Source: Trichoplax sp. H2
Lineage: Eukaryota
Direction: 5' to 3'
DNA: 64,000 bases
Assembly: GCA_003344405.1 (NCBI GenBank)
Contig: NOWV01000015.1
Coordinates: 248,001 to 312,000 of the forward strand
Below are positions 1 through 13,979 of this stretch, piece after piece (the first letter of the stretch is position 1; every line of letters starts with the position of its first letter). The notes beneath the pieces are model-generated. The model ran no database searches. It saw nothing but the letters and a program-made list of their open reading frames with translations, and had not been told where the DNA came from. A program made the translations under genes and the position numbers.

Positions 1-3000
1 GACAAGGAAAAAAATAAAATAAAATATTCTCAAAATTAGATGCTGATAATTACTCTCATACAATATTTATAGTTCTAATAAGGAAAGATGCTTAAGCGAA
101 TGCGATTTAAAAATGAAACGACAAAAAATCAAGATATTATCCAACAATGACAGCTTTCTGCTTTTCAAGTTTTATCTATGCTTGCGCAGAAATAGAAAAT
201 ATTCCTTAAATCAAGTCTTATCAGGAAAATATGACAGAAGCATGACATTAAAGTATCTGGATAACTGTAATATCTATATAGCCGATAGCTACTTCTCTAC
301 TTTTTGAAATAGAAAGTAATAGTTAGCAAATAAGATATTTCGTTTCTAATTAATTCTGGCTGGGTTTATCTAGGCAGTTACAGCATGCCATTAGGATTAT
401 TTAATGATTGCCAAATTAATAAAGTAGATAATTCGTTATTTTAATGAAATAGCAGTAAATAGTCAGGAAATGAACTGTTAGTTTTCTAACATAGATCATG
501 GCTGGCATCTATCCACGGAGAGCCGCAGCATAAAATTAAGAAGCCTAAATGGCTATAATCGTGATATACTTGATAGATAGTTCTTTCTTTTATAAAATAG
601 TAATAGGGAACTAACGAATTAATTATTAATTTCCTACTAGATTTTATCTATGATAGATCGCAGCAGCTAGCAAGTCTGTTAGTGCTGCTTCGACAAATTC
701 CTATGGTAATATCTACTAGAAAGCGACAACAAAGCATTTTCTCTGATTTATTTCCTACTCAATAGAAAAAACTACTTCTGTACTGTATATAATCAGTTCT
801 AGGGATCAATTCATAAATTGTGAACTTTTATGGTAGATTACGAGCACTATAACGAGCTTTACTGATCAATTATAGGCTTATACAGTAATTTAGTTATTAT
901 TACATATCTTTTGAAGAAACAATTCGGTTCTTGCTTTGCCGATAAAGAATCATGAATTCACATACTTGTATATCCGTGTTAATAATTAATTAATCATACT
1001 TATTTATATTACAGCTGTATTTTTAGAGATAAACGTCAAAGAAGTTTTCCGTAATGAAAATTAAAATTTACTCAATATTAGATGATTGATATGCTAAGTT
1101 TATTACAGCTAGAGGGGCTATTATTTGATGAATTATAAAATAGATAAATAGGATGTTATGATGCTGAAGTTATTATAGTATGATAGCAATAAATGGCAAA
1201 GCAAACGATAGATAGATAGGCTCTAGACTGCATAAGTTATTGACTACTTTTATACTCATCTTAGTAAAATTTAATGATTGTTATTATCAGGACAAGATCA
1301 TTCAACTCTGCAATGACTGTCATTTTCTTATTGACATCTAAAATAATTTCATTATTACAAGTTTCTTTAATATTCCTAATCGTATCAAAAATTATCTACA
1401 GTAAAATATAGGTGAAAACATGCAAATTACTACATTTATCGCTGATAATACCCCTTCAATTAAATTACTGGATTTACTATGCAAATTAGTACAAACAAAT
1501 CTGTTGGTATTGTAGACCCAAATGACTAGTTGGCACAACGAAATTTGCGAAACAAGATGTCAACATAAGGCTGATGAATTATTTTTATTAACGTAATTAA
1601 TCTATATTGCAATTTATTCTTAATGAGAGTTATTGTTAAAATGTTAAGTTTTGTTGTGATATTTTAGGTGCTGCTTGTCTCGATCGAGATTATAACATAA
1701 GTGGATTAGCTGAAGTATAGATCCTTTCTCTTCATTAACCCGACAAATCTGGCTCATGGCATTCTCTTTACTAGAATTATCTTATAAGGCTAATTTTATG
1801 GCAAGCACCTTAAGTTCTACTCTGCTATCGTCCTGTAGGCAAGTATTTAATCATTGCGGGAAGTTTCATTTTAACCAGCTGAAACTAGAGCTACAACTGC
1901 TATAATTTGATAGTAGTAATAATCGTTGGTTAAATAATATTCATATTTTTAATATAGATATACATACTTGGAAAAGGTTTATATCACTAAATAAATTAAT
2001 AAATTGATATCATAAGCTATCTGTTACGATTTTATTATCGTTAGTCAATTATATTGGATGACTAAAATATATGTTAAATTATTCGAGCATACTTAACTGA
2101 TTTGAACGTATTAAATCATGAAAATGTTTCATCAAAATGATCTTTATACAGATATGAAATAAACGAGTATTATTGAAATAACTCGCTCTTAAATTAACAT
2201 TGTCGGCCTGCTTACAATTGCAATTTTTTACTAATTTTTTCCCACCGCTACTCGATTAATAATTAATTTATACCTTTATTATTTAGCGACTCTTGCAGAG
2301 GACAGTTTCTATTTCTGTTTAGAACTATTATGTTCATCAAATATCGGATTTACTGCGTCTATTATGCATTGACTGTGGTGAACTTCATATCCGAAGTTCT
2401 CTTTCTTCTCTAAACGCGTGAGATTGCTTTATTGCTAATTGAATTGCTTTCTTAGTTGAAGTTATTTAAAAGATTGAGACAATTACTTTACATCGTAATG
2501 ATTTTCATTATTCTACAGTGTTAGAGAGAAAAGAACAAAACCTTCTAGATTGCATTAATAGCAGGTGCTTAACTTAGCTTCACCGAGTCTATTTATAGGC
2601 TCAAATATATATCATTTTAAAGATTGAGATAATTACTTTATATTCCGACATTATAACATTTAATAGCTTATTACAAATAACTCTAGAATTTTCGACACAC
2701 AGAAAGCCGCAACTCGCTAAAATCGCCGTAGGATAACTTTATGAAAGTCCCTTTGTAATATCTGCATAAAGCGTGAAAGCAATAAAACCATTTTTTATCT
2801 TTTACAGGTTTGAGTGCAAAATAAGAAAAGTTCTTTAATGTCAGCACAACATTGCATTCCTAGCTACGAGTTACAATTTAATTTTAAAAACGGTGATGAA
2901 GACTGAATTCATAATATATACTATTCGCGTGATGGCTTTAGCTAGTTGTAGCAATTTTGTGCTAGAGAGTACTGTGATAGTATGTAGTTGTTACGGAGCT

Positions 3001-3604
3001 TGATACTCCGTGATAAGTGGCTGGTAGTAAAGTTGCTAATGAGAATGACTGTAAAGATTATAATTAATCTAGCAAATAGTGTCGTGCTATTAAAAATATC
3101 ATTCAAGATTGTTAAGTCGTAGACCACAATTCTCAATTGTTAATTGATTATTATTATTTATAACTTTTAATATATTGACTGTTATTAATTAATTATGCCG
3201 AAGTCGGCAATATAACTCAAAATGCGATATTACATCGCTGTGGTGAGATAATTAATATTAACCAGCGATACGTAGTAATTAATACTCTGTCTAGTCTACA
3301 GTAAGTCTGTAACGCGTATTATATAATTTAAAGTGATAGATTAGCACAAGGGTATTTGTGTGATATAGGAGATTGTATATAAGCCTGATCATTAATTTTT
3401 AATCTCAGTTCCTCTGAGGCTACGCAAGAGCACACTAGTACTAAGTTGTAGTACTTATTAACAAAATATTTAATAATAAGCTAAACTTATCGTTGGACTC
3501 GTTTTCTATAGTATGGGAATAAGTTAGTTTTCCTTTATTGAGGATCTTCGGAGTTAGTCAGGGAACCTTAAGAAAAGATAGTTTAGTTCAGGAGCACGAA
3601 GCAT

Positions 3605-4069
3605 TGTCACAAAAGCTGTGTTGTGACTCAGTTTGATCTTTACGAATTTACGGAAGCGTGCGGAATTTCTGCTGAGCCAACGACAACAAATAAATTTCCT
3701 TTCTTTTCTATCGGTGGTTGAAATCGACCTTTATTAACTACAACCAACCAACTTACTAACTCATACTCTAACCGACTTGCCAAGATAGTAAAAGCGCCTC
3801 ATTTATATACTCTAACATTGGCATGAATACGCATAACTTCTCTAACATTGCGATAACATTCTTGAGATATCATTTTTCAGTATAACACAATTGACTAATA
3901 AACATACTTGTACCGTACAACATTAATTTATCATTTACCGGTACAGCAATACAAGATAACGGTAGCAACTATGCATAGTTAAGGATATTAATCCTTAAGA
4001 ACAATATTATCTAGCGATGCTAGTCTAGCAGTCGCGACAAGCTGTTCGAAAAAAAGCTGTTTTGTGACA
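3605..4069 (-). mobile_element. Probable solo-LTR-like element (family E)
   Basis: 10-bp inverted termini TGTCACAAAA...TTTTGTGACA. On the minus strand a GTATATAAAT box (~3801-3810) precedes AATAAA (~3730). No matching TSD found (agcat vs gtact). Confidence 0.45.
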
Positions 4070-4426
4070 GTACTGTAGAATTGTATGCCTTAATTCCCAT
4101 ATATGACTATCACAACGGCGATTACAGTACAATTTATTCGCTTTAGAACTACTGTAAGTATTATTGAGCGTCTCTGATTCTACTTGCTAGAGCAAGACCT
4201 TAGACAAAATATAATAACTAGTATAGGGTAGATATGTGTTAATTAGTGTTAAGCTTTAACAAGTCTTAATCCAATTAACAAGCGTTACAGTGTTATATGC
4301 TATAATATCGAGATTATTCTAGAAATATCTATGTCAGGATAATTCTTACAATTTAAATCACTGTGATATTATAACTTACTTATGGTAGATTATAGATTAT
4401 TCAGATAATGTTCTGTGATAGAACAT

Positions 4427-6016
4427 TGTGATATATACCAATCACGAAATTCCAAATTTTAGAAAAATAAGGGCTTTATTGAATCTTATACAAAGATTAA
4501 CTACGTACAGCTCTACTCTAGCCGAATACTACTACTAAAGACTTCTAGAACGAACTAACAGAATAATCTAAAGTTGCATGCTTTTATACTTTCCGTAGCA
4601 TTCGCAGCTACAATCCGCATGGCAACCTTTTACCTTATTTTACACATAGTTAAATTATTCTTAGTAACACTATTCTACTGCGGACCATCATTAATCCAAT
4701 ATGGATACGACTACAGTACTTACGTAGACATTATTCACACCAGCCAAAGTACAATGAATTAACCATATCCTAATATATGATTTACAGTTCTATTTTTACC
4801 TACAGCCATATTAGTAACTCAACAGCTTACTGTATATAGTCATCTGTANNNNNNNNNNNNNNNNNNNNCGTCTCTGATTCTACTTGCTAGAGCAAGACCT
4901 TAGACAAAATATAATAACTAGTATAGGGTAGATATGTGTTAATTAGTATTAAGCTTTAACAAGTCTTAATCCAATTAACAAGCGTTACAGTGTTTTACGC
5001 TATAATATCGAGATTATTCTAGAAATATCTATGTCAGGATAATTCTTACAATTTAAATCACTGTGATATTATAACTTACTTATGGTAGATTATAGATTAT
5101 TTAGATAATGTTCTGTGATAGAACATATAATAGTCTGACTATTTTGCAGTGATCATTAGATATCTATGTTCGTAAATACTGTTGTCTTTATTAGCTAGCA
5201 GTAGATAAAATTAGCTTTTAATTTATTAGAAGGTTTCAACGATAATATTACTAACTAGGATGTCTAACTATTGTAAAAGAGTATAAAAATGCGGCTGTCA
5301 TGGTACGAACTACCGTGAAGAAATAGCTGTCTAAATTTGGTTCATATAATATAGTGATAATATATTACCAACTAGTTCCTTACAATACGAATTACTCTAA
5401 TTATAAATGTGTTACAGTAAATTTAATGCTGTGCTGTAATGTGCACTGAAATGATTCTGTGAATGGACATATTGTAGTCCGACTGTGAAAAATTACTTAG
5501 TAGATGTTCTCACCTAAATATTTTTATAAGNNNNNNNNNNNNNNNNNNNNCTACTCTAGCCGAATACTACTACTAAAGACTTCTAGAACGAACTAACAGA
5601 ATAATCTAAAGTTGCATGCTTTTATACTTTCCGTAGCATTCGCAGCTACAATCCGCATGGCAACCTTTTACCTTATTTTACACATAGTTAAATTATTCTT
5701 AGTAACACTATTCTACTGCGGACCATCATTAATCCAATATGGATACGACTACAGTACTTACGTAGACATTATTCACACCAGCCAAAGTACAATGAATTAA
5801 CCATATCCTAATATATGATTTACAGTTCTATTTTTACCTACAGCCATATTAGTAACTCAACAGCTTACTGTATATAGTCATCTGTAATCTAGCATAGAGT
5901 CTCTACCACTACAGTCTATAGTTACAGCTACCAAATATCTCTTAGGATAAATATTTACCGTACATTATACTACACATGGCTAACAGTCTACAATCACAAT
6001 ACTAAGTTACATTACA
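4427..6016 (-). mobile_element. LTR family A insertion (~550-bp LTR), assembled across two N gaps
   Basis: TGTGATA...ATTACA termini with perfect 5-bp TSD AACAT (4422-4426, 6017-6021). The empty site with a single AACAT is present at 5122-5126. The minus strand has TATAAAAG then AATAAA. A homologous copy lies at 47838-48404. Confidence 0.85.
4849..5550. other. Two 20-N assembly gaps (4849-4868, 5531-5550) enclosing a duplicated, probably alternate-haplotype contig (4869-5530)
   Basis: 4869-5530 matches 4169-4426 joined directly to 6022-6425 with scattered substitutions. 5551-5886 duplicates ~4513-4848. Confidence 0.85.
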
Positions 6017-6190
6017 AACATATAATAGTCTGACTATTTTGCAGTGATCATTAGATATCTATGTTCGTAAATACTGTTGTCTTCATTAGCTAGCAGTAGA
6101 TAAAATTAGCTTTTAATTTATTAGAAAGTTTCAACGATAATATTAATAACTAGGATGTCTAACTATTGTAAAAGAGTATAAAAATGCGGC

Positions 6191-6627
6191 TGTCATGGTA
6201 CGAACTACCGTGAAGAAGCAGCTGTCTAAATTTGGTTAATATAATATAGTGATAATATATTACCAACTAGTTACTTACAATACGAATTACTCTAATTATA
6301 AATGTGTTACAGTAAATTTAATGCTGTGCTGTAATGTGCACGGAAATGATTCTGTGAATGGACATATTTTAGTCCGACTGTGAAAAATTACTTAGTAGAT
6401 GTTCTCACCTAAGTATTTTTATAAGATGACTCGCGAATGTCAGCTGCTGTAGAAGGGTATATAAGCCCGTTAGATAGTTGAATAAAGTAGTTCTCAATTG
6501 TCTAGTTGAGTTTAACGTAGAATCAAAGGCGTCTAAATTCTTGTGAGTAAGGATACTGAATCTGCAGATTTTAAGTGATTTGGAGATTTATTTTACGTTA
6601 TCCTTGCCACGAAGCTGGTTTGTGACA
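6191..6627 (+). mobile_element. Solo LTR family C (437 bp)
   Basis: TGTCAT...TGTGACA termini with perfect 5-bp TSD GCGGC (6186-6190, 6628-6632). TATATAAG at ~6458 is followed by AATAAA at 6481. An inverted homolog lies at 19611-20046. Confidence 0.88.
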
Positions 6628-9600
6628 GCGGCATATCATATAATGAAGGGAGTTCTTTAGATTAGTGCTTAACGTAAAATACGAGGCGTCTACGGCATTG
6701 TGCAGTCTACTAGTATAAGAAAAGTCTTCCTGATAGGGTAGATATTGCTCCCTTATATGTAGTTTAAGGAATCAACTTATTGATCCTGCATTAGATTATC
6801 TTATTGCAGAGTCGTTTGTAACAACAACTTAGATCAACTTAATATCTAAGAGCCTACAATTATAAATGTTACAACCTCTATTTTAATTATTACACTTTTA
6901 CTCGTACCAAAAGACTTTAATCTACGTAGTCCTTAATGAAAATTCATTCACGGTTTTATATTCAGAATTTCATATCAGATAATCATACTAACAAATATTA
7001 TTAAATCTAAATTCCTTAATATCATCTAAACTATAGCATCTTATTTACGGTAACTATGTAACCTCAACCGCGACAATTCGTTTAGAAAGCTGTACGGATG
7101 CTTAGAATTTCGCCTAATACGATATCAAGATGCAAATGAAATTCCAGGCTGGGCTAGTACTGATAGATTTACCTACTATTTACTTAATTTCTATTTAGAG
7201 AATTTTGACAGAGAAATCGCTCAGCTTCATTTTGATTATATTATAGATGATAACATGAGCTGAATTATTCCGTTAGCTGTAATATATCATTATATTTTTT
7301 ATTTCATCTTCATAATTCATAATCCCTTGTGTATAGTGTATATAGTAAGCAGATATTCTAGATGCTGCGATGAAGTTTGAACATGAGAATAAGCACTCTA
7401 AATCATTCAACAAATTTTAATGCAAACCGCTGCTGCGAAAGCGATACATAATATAATACAAATAAACTTGCCTTATAAATCAAAAAATATAGTTATGGGT
7501 CATTCATAGTCCCTTTTCCAATAAAAATTGCAGAGTTTTTTAACGCTATATTCATCATGCGTATGGTGACCTATAAGATTTCTAAAAATATGATTGAAAG
7601 GATATTTGATAATAAGGAGTGTATCAGTATATTTTGAAACCGGTTAATAATTCGGAAAGTTTGTGAAATTTTTAGGAAAACCTCTAACGTCAAATGCCTA
7701 TTAAATTATCTCAATCGCAATTTCAATATATAATAACTTTAATATGGAAATAGATACACTTTAATAATCATTATTTGAATTAGTACTCTAGAGTGCACTA
7801 AATATATCTAATCAAGACCCTTAAACTCGTTTTCAATTATTTAAAATGATAAATAAATTCCTTATGAACTTATTTTCAGTACGTCGGTCATTCTCCTATC
7901 ATCACTTTAACAGGCTGAACTTCATATCGCTACCTGTAACAGGTATTGCTTGCTGTGTTCTGTATACAATTTTATTGCACAATTCAGTAAAGCTTTTCTT
8001 CGCGCAGCAAATAACAACTGTACCAAGGTTTTTAATGCTAGCAACTCAAAAGGTGCATTAATTTCGTTTTGTAAATTAATTATGCCAAAAATCAGCTAAT
8101 TAACATGTAACCAGTGCAAGTTCAATAAAATTTATTTCAAGATCATTTATCTGTCCGTTTGTAAAACAATAAAACTTTAATGTGTGCATTTACGTCATAT
8201 ATGAACAAATATATACCGCCCCATCCGCTTGATTATTATTTGCCTGTATTCTAATAAAAATTTTTAACTAGATATAATTTAGAATTCAATTACGTCTACT
8301 AATGGCTTGTACTTGATTCTAATTCTCATCTACGATAACATATACATCAAATAAATGTGTTGGACTTTTTAAGCCACAGATCAATTTGTTCCTATATCCT
8401 GGTAATGTTATAGAGAATTAAATTTATTGATATCTAAATAATATCAAAACTCTCTAATACATACCTTAACAAATTTTAGAATGATCTTAAAGCCTTGTAC
8501 TATATTGCTTAATGTGTTAAGAATGTAAATCGTGCTTAAAGCATAAGCATTAAAACAGTTTGTTACTAGGAATTGCCGCCAATTAACAATATTACTTGAT
8601 CAGCTTCGAGCTAAGATCATTCAATTTCTAGACTTCATCAGGTCTTAGATATATGTACCTTTTGCATGAATTAGTTCATAAATAGGCGAATGCGATTACT
8701 AAATTTAGTGAGTTAACTTTATTGGAAGATTTACGTTCAGAAGCGACGAAATAATTGGTAAATAAACAATTAAATAACAAGCTCAATTTAAATATATATT
8801 CGGCGGTCTATAAAGTTTAACATCATATTTAAAAATTCTATATACTAAGATTAGATAGCAATCCTTTGTTAAATCGAACGCGTTATCCATATTGTAGATA
8901 ACCATTATTATCAACTAACGATGGTAAAAACATAGTGCTGTACTCCTTTGTGATACTTAATTTATCTATTCTTTACTAATCCAACAGGAAATTAAGACTT
9001 ACACTGAATGTATTGATACTTGAACTTTGAATATCGCCATCACTTCGGGTACTAAAATTAGTTTCAAGTACCGGATTTATTCACCTACGTTACCTTGTAT
9101 TTTTGCACGTAAAAGAATACATTTTACTGTAAAACTTGTACTAATAAAAACTCATATTGATTAACGTTTATGTTATGAGCAAGAATCTTGCAGGAAACCC
9201 TTACAATAGTTTTTACCAGAATATCGTCATCATCGACAGCATTGCCAATAATATCAAAGCATAATGCAAATGATAGATTGATGTGATAAATTACTTAGCC
9301 TAACACAAATTAGAAAAACTATAAACTGGTATGCTTTTGTTTTCATTCTCTCATTCAGACAGTCTAATCTATTGAATTGTGCATAATTTCCTCATTAATG
9401 GATGCATAGGAAGGCATAGAGAACGTCAATAATATACCGGTAATTAAGCTTTCCTATTACTAAAGCATCATGGCCAATTAGGACTTATGAAATTAGAAAG
9501 TCATATGACGTGGACTAGCTTTAAACAGGAACTGCTATTTCATCTATTGTTTTCTATTCAATTTTTGCCTAAATTATAAGAACTTACTTTCAGTCTATTT

Positions 9601-10344
9601 ATCTACTTATAGCTTTATTGAATTTACCTTCGCCTTTACGAACTAACGCCAAAGGTAGTAAAAGTTGATTGCTTTGAAATGGACTTATTCTCATGTCTTA
9701 CATGATTATAAAGGATTTTTAATGTTTTAGGTTTGATACAAATTTTGTAAGTCTTTATTCTGATAAAGTTGGTAAATAATAAGCATTCCATCTATTTTTT
9801 TCAAGAAGTTGAGTGTGTTATAATAACTGCCTTAAAAAATTGCTGCCACAGAAAAACAAATTTCAAAATAATCCTTTGTATCAAACTAGCTGCTATCTTA
9901 AGCATCTTTCTCTAAAACATTTCGTGGAATTGGCAAGCGTCATTAGTGCTACCAAACACAAATTGCCTCGGCGAACTTGGTATCAATAAAGTCTTCTAAA
10001 TACATATATATGTCATGCATCAACAAATGCAGTCTTAAATAAAAATTGCTTAAGCTCTCCTTTCGCTGTAGATTGGAAATTAACTTAGATTGCGTAAATC
10101 ACCTCATTAATAGTGGATTTGCTTTTTCCTCTACTTTATACTGGAAATACGAGGACACGTATACTACAACTAACATTAATATTAAGTATTAGTGACTAAT
10201 ATGTATTGCGATTAATCACTAAGCTTGTCATAAAGCCATTTGAAAACTTACCTGCTTTCATATTTAATCAATCTTTGCACACAGCTCTAAAGACATTAAA
10301 AAACTTGTGGCACAAGTACCCCCATTTGTTAAAGCGAGATCGTT

Positions 10345-12021
10345 ATGGGTTACAACATAAGCAGAATTGTTAAATCATCACTAGCGAATGAAAAAGAAGA
10401 TTGCGTTCAATTTTTACTTCGATCTGGATCTCGCTATTGTGAAAGTAAAGAGTTTGATGCAGCTCGATTAGAATATGAGCAAGCTTATCGTGAAATTAGC
10501 ACAATGTGTTGTACGCATGATTATCGACGATTATTACGTTGTGAAGTCCAGTTAGCACTGTCAGATAGCTATCTTAAACAGAAGCAAACTGACGATGCTT
10601 ACAGATATTGCCAACTTGCTGAAATGGACAGAAACTCTGTTAAAGAAACAAGACAAAGTGGTAAAGAATTTAGCGACTATCCGATAACCAAGACAATTGA
10701 ACGCTACTACAAATTAATCACGGAAAATCGAGAAACATTGACTTGGAAACAGAGAATATTAAAGTATTATTACTTAGCCATTGCTGCTACCTACTGTAAA
10801 ATTGGAAGCCAATGTGATGAACGATATAAGTACGATATGGCTTTATCCATTTATAAGCATGCTATACAAATTACCACTAAGGTCTTTGGGGTCTATCATT
10901 CCGCAATTGCTAAATTATATGATAATATTGGTAACATCTATTGCTGCCAAGATCAGTACAGCGATGCACTTTCAAATTATCAAGCATCTTTAAATATTCG
11001 TCTGAAATTATATGGAAATAACCATTTAGACATCACACAGTCTTATGAAAATATTGGAGAAGTTTATTGCAAACAGAATCGCTACGATGATGCTTTATCA
11101 ATGCATAAAATATCGCATATGATTCGACTGGAGACATTAGGAAAAGATGCAATCGATTTAGGCCATTCTAGCTATAATATTGGAAAAATTTATTGCTTAC
11201 AGGAGAAATATGAAAATGCATTAGAAATGTATCAGCAAAGTCTAGAAATTTATCGTATAAAATTAGGCGCTTCTAACGTTGATGTATGCAATACCTATAT
11301 TGGTATTGGAAATGTCTACTTTCATCTAGGCAACTTTGACCAAGCAATGGCCTATTATCAAAAGTCATTAACCATTGAATTAAAAATGTACGGTGAAGAC
11401 AATCTGCATATCGCTAACACTTATAGTTGTATTGGAGGAGTCTATAACAAGCAGAACAAGTATGACGAAGCATACGCAATTTATCAGAAATCCTTGGCTA
11501 TTCGTTTGTCCAAGCTTGGCGACGATAGTTTATCTGTAGCGCATAGTTATCACTGGATCGGAATTATTAAATATTTACAACAACAGTACGATGATGCTAT
11601 GAAATTTTACGAAAAATCGCTACTTATAACATTAGAGAAATTAGGAAGTGATCACTTGGAGGTGGCTGAATTATATGATAGAATAGGCCAACTTTACCAT
11701 TCACGAAGTCAGTATGATCACGCTTTTGCCTATTTTGAAAAATCTCTTTTCATAGTTATGAAAATTTTGGGAGAAGATACTTTCAAGTGTGTTTCTTTAT
11801 ATCGTAAAATGGGTTATTGCTATAACGAACAACGTCAATTTGATGCAGCAGTTGTAATATTTGAAAAAGCAATTCGAATTCTATCCAATCTGGAAGGTAA
11901 TTATTATCAAGATATTGCCGATTTATATAAAATGATTGAAAATATTTATTGGAAACAGGGAAAAGATGAATTCGCAATATTAGCTCATCAGAAATGTCAA
12001 GAAATAATAGCCTCAGAGTAG
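10345..12021 (+). CDS. Intronless 42-aa TPR-repeat protein (kinesin-light-chain/NPHP3-type TPRs), 558 aa, ~10 repeats after an N-terminal module
   Basis: Long ATG-initiated ORF with repeats such as IAKLYDNIGNIYCCQDQYSDALSNYQASLNIRLKLYGNNHLD. Starts MGYNIS. AATAAA at ~12204. Confidence 0.92.
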   Translation: MGYNISRIVKSSLANEKEDCVQFLLRSGSRYCESKEFDAARLEYEQAYREISTMCCTHDYRRLLRCEVQLALSDSYLKQKQTDDAYRYCQLAEMDRNSVKETRQSGKEFSDYPITKTIERYYKLITENRETLTWKQRILKYYYLAIAATYCKIGSQCDERYKYDMALSIYKHAIQITTKVFGVYHSAIAKLYDNIGNIYCCQDQYSDALSNYQASLNIRLKLYGNNHLDITQSYENIGEVYCKQNRYDDALSMHKISHMIRLETLGKDAIDLGHSSYNIGKIYCLQEKYENALEMYQQSLEIYRIKLGASNVDVCNTYIGIGNVYFHLGNFDQAMAYYQKSLTIELKMYGEDNLHIANTYSCIGGVYNKQNKYDEAYAIYQKSLAIRLSKLGDDSLSVAHSYHWIGIIKYLQQQYDDAMKFYEKSLLITLEKLGSDHLEVAELYDRIGQLYHSRSQYDHAFAYFEKSLFIVMKILGEDTFKCVSLYRKMGYCYNEQRQFDAAVVIFEKAIRILSNLEGNYYQDIADLYKMIENIYWKQGKDEFAILAHQKCQEIIASE

Positions 12022-13979
12022 GAATTACAACTTCCTGATAAGATCATAGTCTGCAGACGGATTTAATGAATAACTACAGTTATTAGATGGATTGTTGAAA
12101 ACAACAGCCTATTAAATATGCCATTTTACGTCACTCTATGTATTAATTTATTCTTCACATTTATTGATAGTGTAGGATATTGCTTTTGTTATAACAGCTG
12201 CATAATAAAATTAAGTCTTGTTATGAGATTTTAAATCATTTTTTTAAGAATACCGAATATTATGATAAAATCGAGTCTTGCTATGAGATTTTACATTTTC
12301 CTTCTGAAAAAAGCAATGTCGGATATGTGACAGATTACTATTTAATAAATCTTAATATGGTAGTCAAGTAATAATTCCATGACAATTTATGTAAAAATAT
12401 TCGCAATACTCTTTACCATTCTGCTTTCTATAGCATAATTATAAATTAAAGTTTGTTTTAACATTACTCTGTGCAGAATTTTATATCTCCATCTTCAATT
12501 CGAATGATATCACATTTACAATTGGACCAATAAGATATCTATTCTATTAAACTACGTTGCGCTAATCTGCAATGGCTACATATTATTATTTTTAACTCTA
12601 ATAAATTAATTATTAATATTGGATGCTGAAATTTAGGCTATTCTGTGAATGAAGTTATCCGCTTAGGTATTGTTGTAATTCTTCATACATGTTAAACATT
12701 GCAATTATAGGTCAAAAGTTTTCAAATTCAAAAGTCATGTTAATTATAAGTGAGAATAATTAATTATATACAGCTCAAATATTTATTTATACTTAATATC
12801 GAGATCGTTATTGTAGAATTAGGATATTGAAGAAAACATAATATACGGGATACAGTCGTTGATCGCTAATAAATTATAGTCCTTTAAATTTGTGATTATA
12901 GTTCAAAATTTATTATGATATCATTGACATCGGTTACCGAGTCATTCTATTTTTTTTCGCTAGTTCTTGCTCTAAAGAAAGTTATGGATAATTTTATTTC
13001 GGTACAATTCATTTTATTAGCCTATATAATACCGTACGTTTTGATGCTTTTTACATTTCTGCACAATATATATATATTGAACGTAGATCTATACTCTCAG
13101 ATACACACGTGTACAGCAACAATTAAGCTACTATAAACACTTCATTTATACATCGGAACATTATCATTGGAAACCTTTTGTTCATGTTTTTCAAAATGAT
13201 AATGGCCAGAACTGGACAAGCGAATCTAAATAGATGTTATTTGATATTCACAAGGTGATTTAAGCTTTAATGTCAGTTTAATAGCTATAGTACGGTACTT
13301 TACTTCTCAGGTGCAATCATATGTGATTTTACACCTTTGAAAGCTTTTCAAGTAAATACGCTGCACGATATACATAGGATATATTACACGAATAAAATAA
13401 GACATAATCTTATTTTCTCGATAATTTATGTTCATTTAGAAGCTTTAAAGCTTTGCTTCAATACATTTATCCTGCTTATATCCGGTATATTGTACAACTT
13501 TCTTATACAACTATGAAACAATACTAATAAAATTATAGCAACCTTTAATTAAAAATCTTGAATTAGAAAAGTGGCTTAGACCTTTGATATACTGCTTTCC
13601 TTTTCAATGTTCTTTGTGATCGCGGCTGGTAAATAATTTTAAAGTAACGATGTAACTTCAGTCACATTGCTACTCAATTTGACTTTTGCTGACTTCAAGT
13701 AGTATCAGAATTGTGGAAGAAAAAGAGTATCTATTGATAGGCAATAAATTTTGCATAAATCATACTAACACTACATAACATTCTGGTATGGTGCTATGCA
13801 CTCTTGAGCATTAAAAAGCCATAATATTTTTACCTAATAACTAATAAAAACTGCATAAACTGATATGAGTAATACGTAATTAGCGAAGAAGTACTAGCAT
13901 GTTACAAACATCAACTGAGGAATACGATTACTGCTCTATCCTTCCACTTATAAATTTCAGCAAGAACGCGATATTCACG

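Larger units (their letters stand above)
4153..6823 (+). mobile_element. Host solo-LTR-like element (family B, ~630 bp net) interrupted by elements A and C and by assembly gaps
   Basis: Begins TGTAAG (4153) and ends TGTAACA (6823). Flanks actac (4148-4152) and acaac (6824-6828) form a 5-bp TSD with one mismatch. TATA-like GTATAAAAA at ~6176. Confidence 0.55.

Noticed and set aside
4574-5800. 62-aa ORF 'MHAFILSVAF...' at 4574, 5612 and 47985
   Set aside because: It starts at TTG and lies antisense within LTR family A. Its recurrence reflects the repeat, not a gene.
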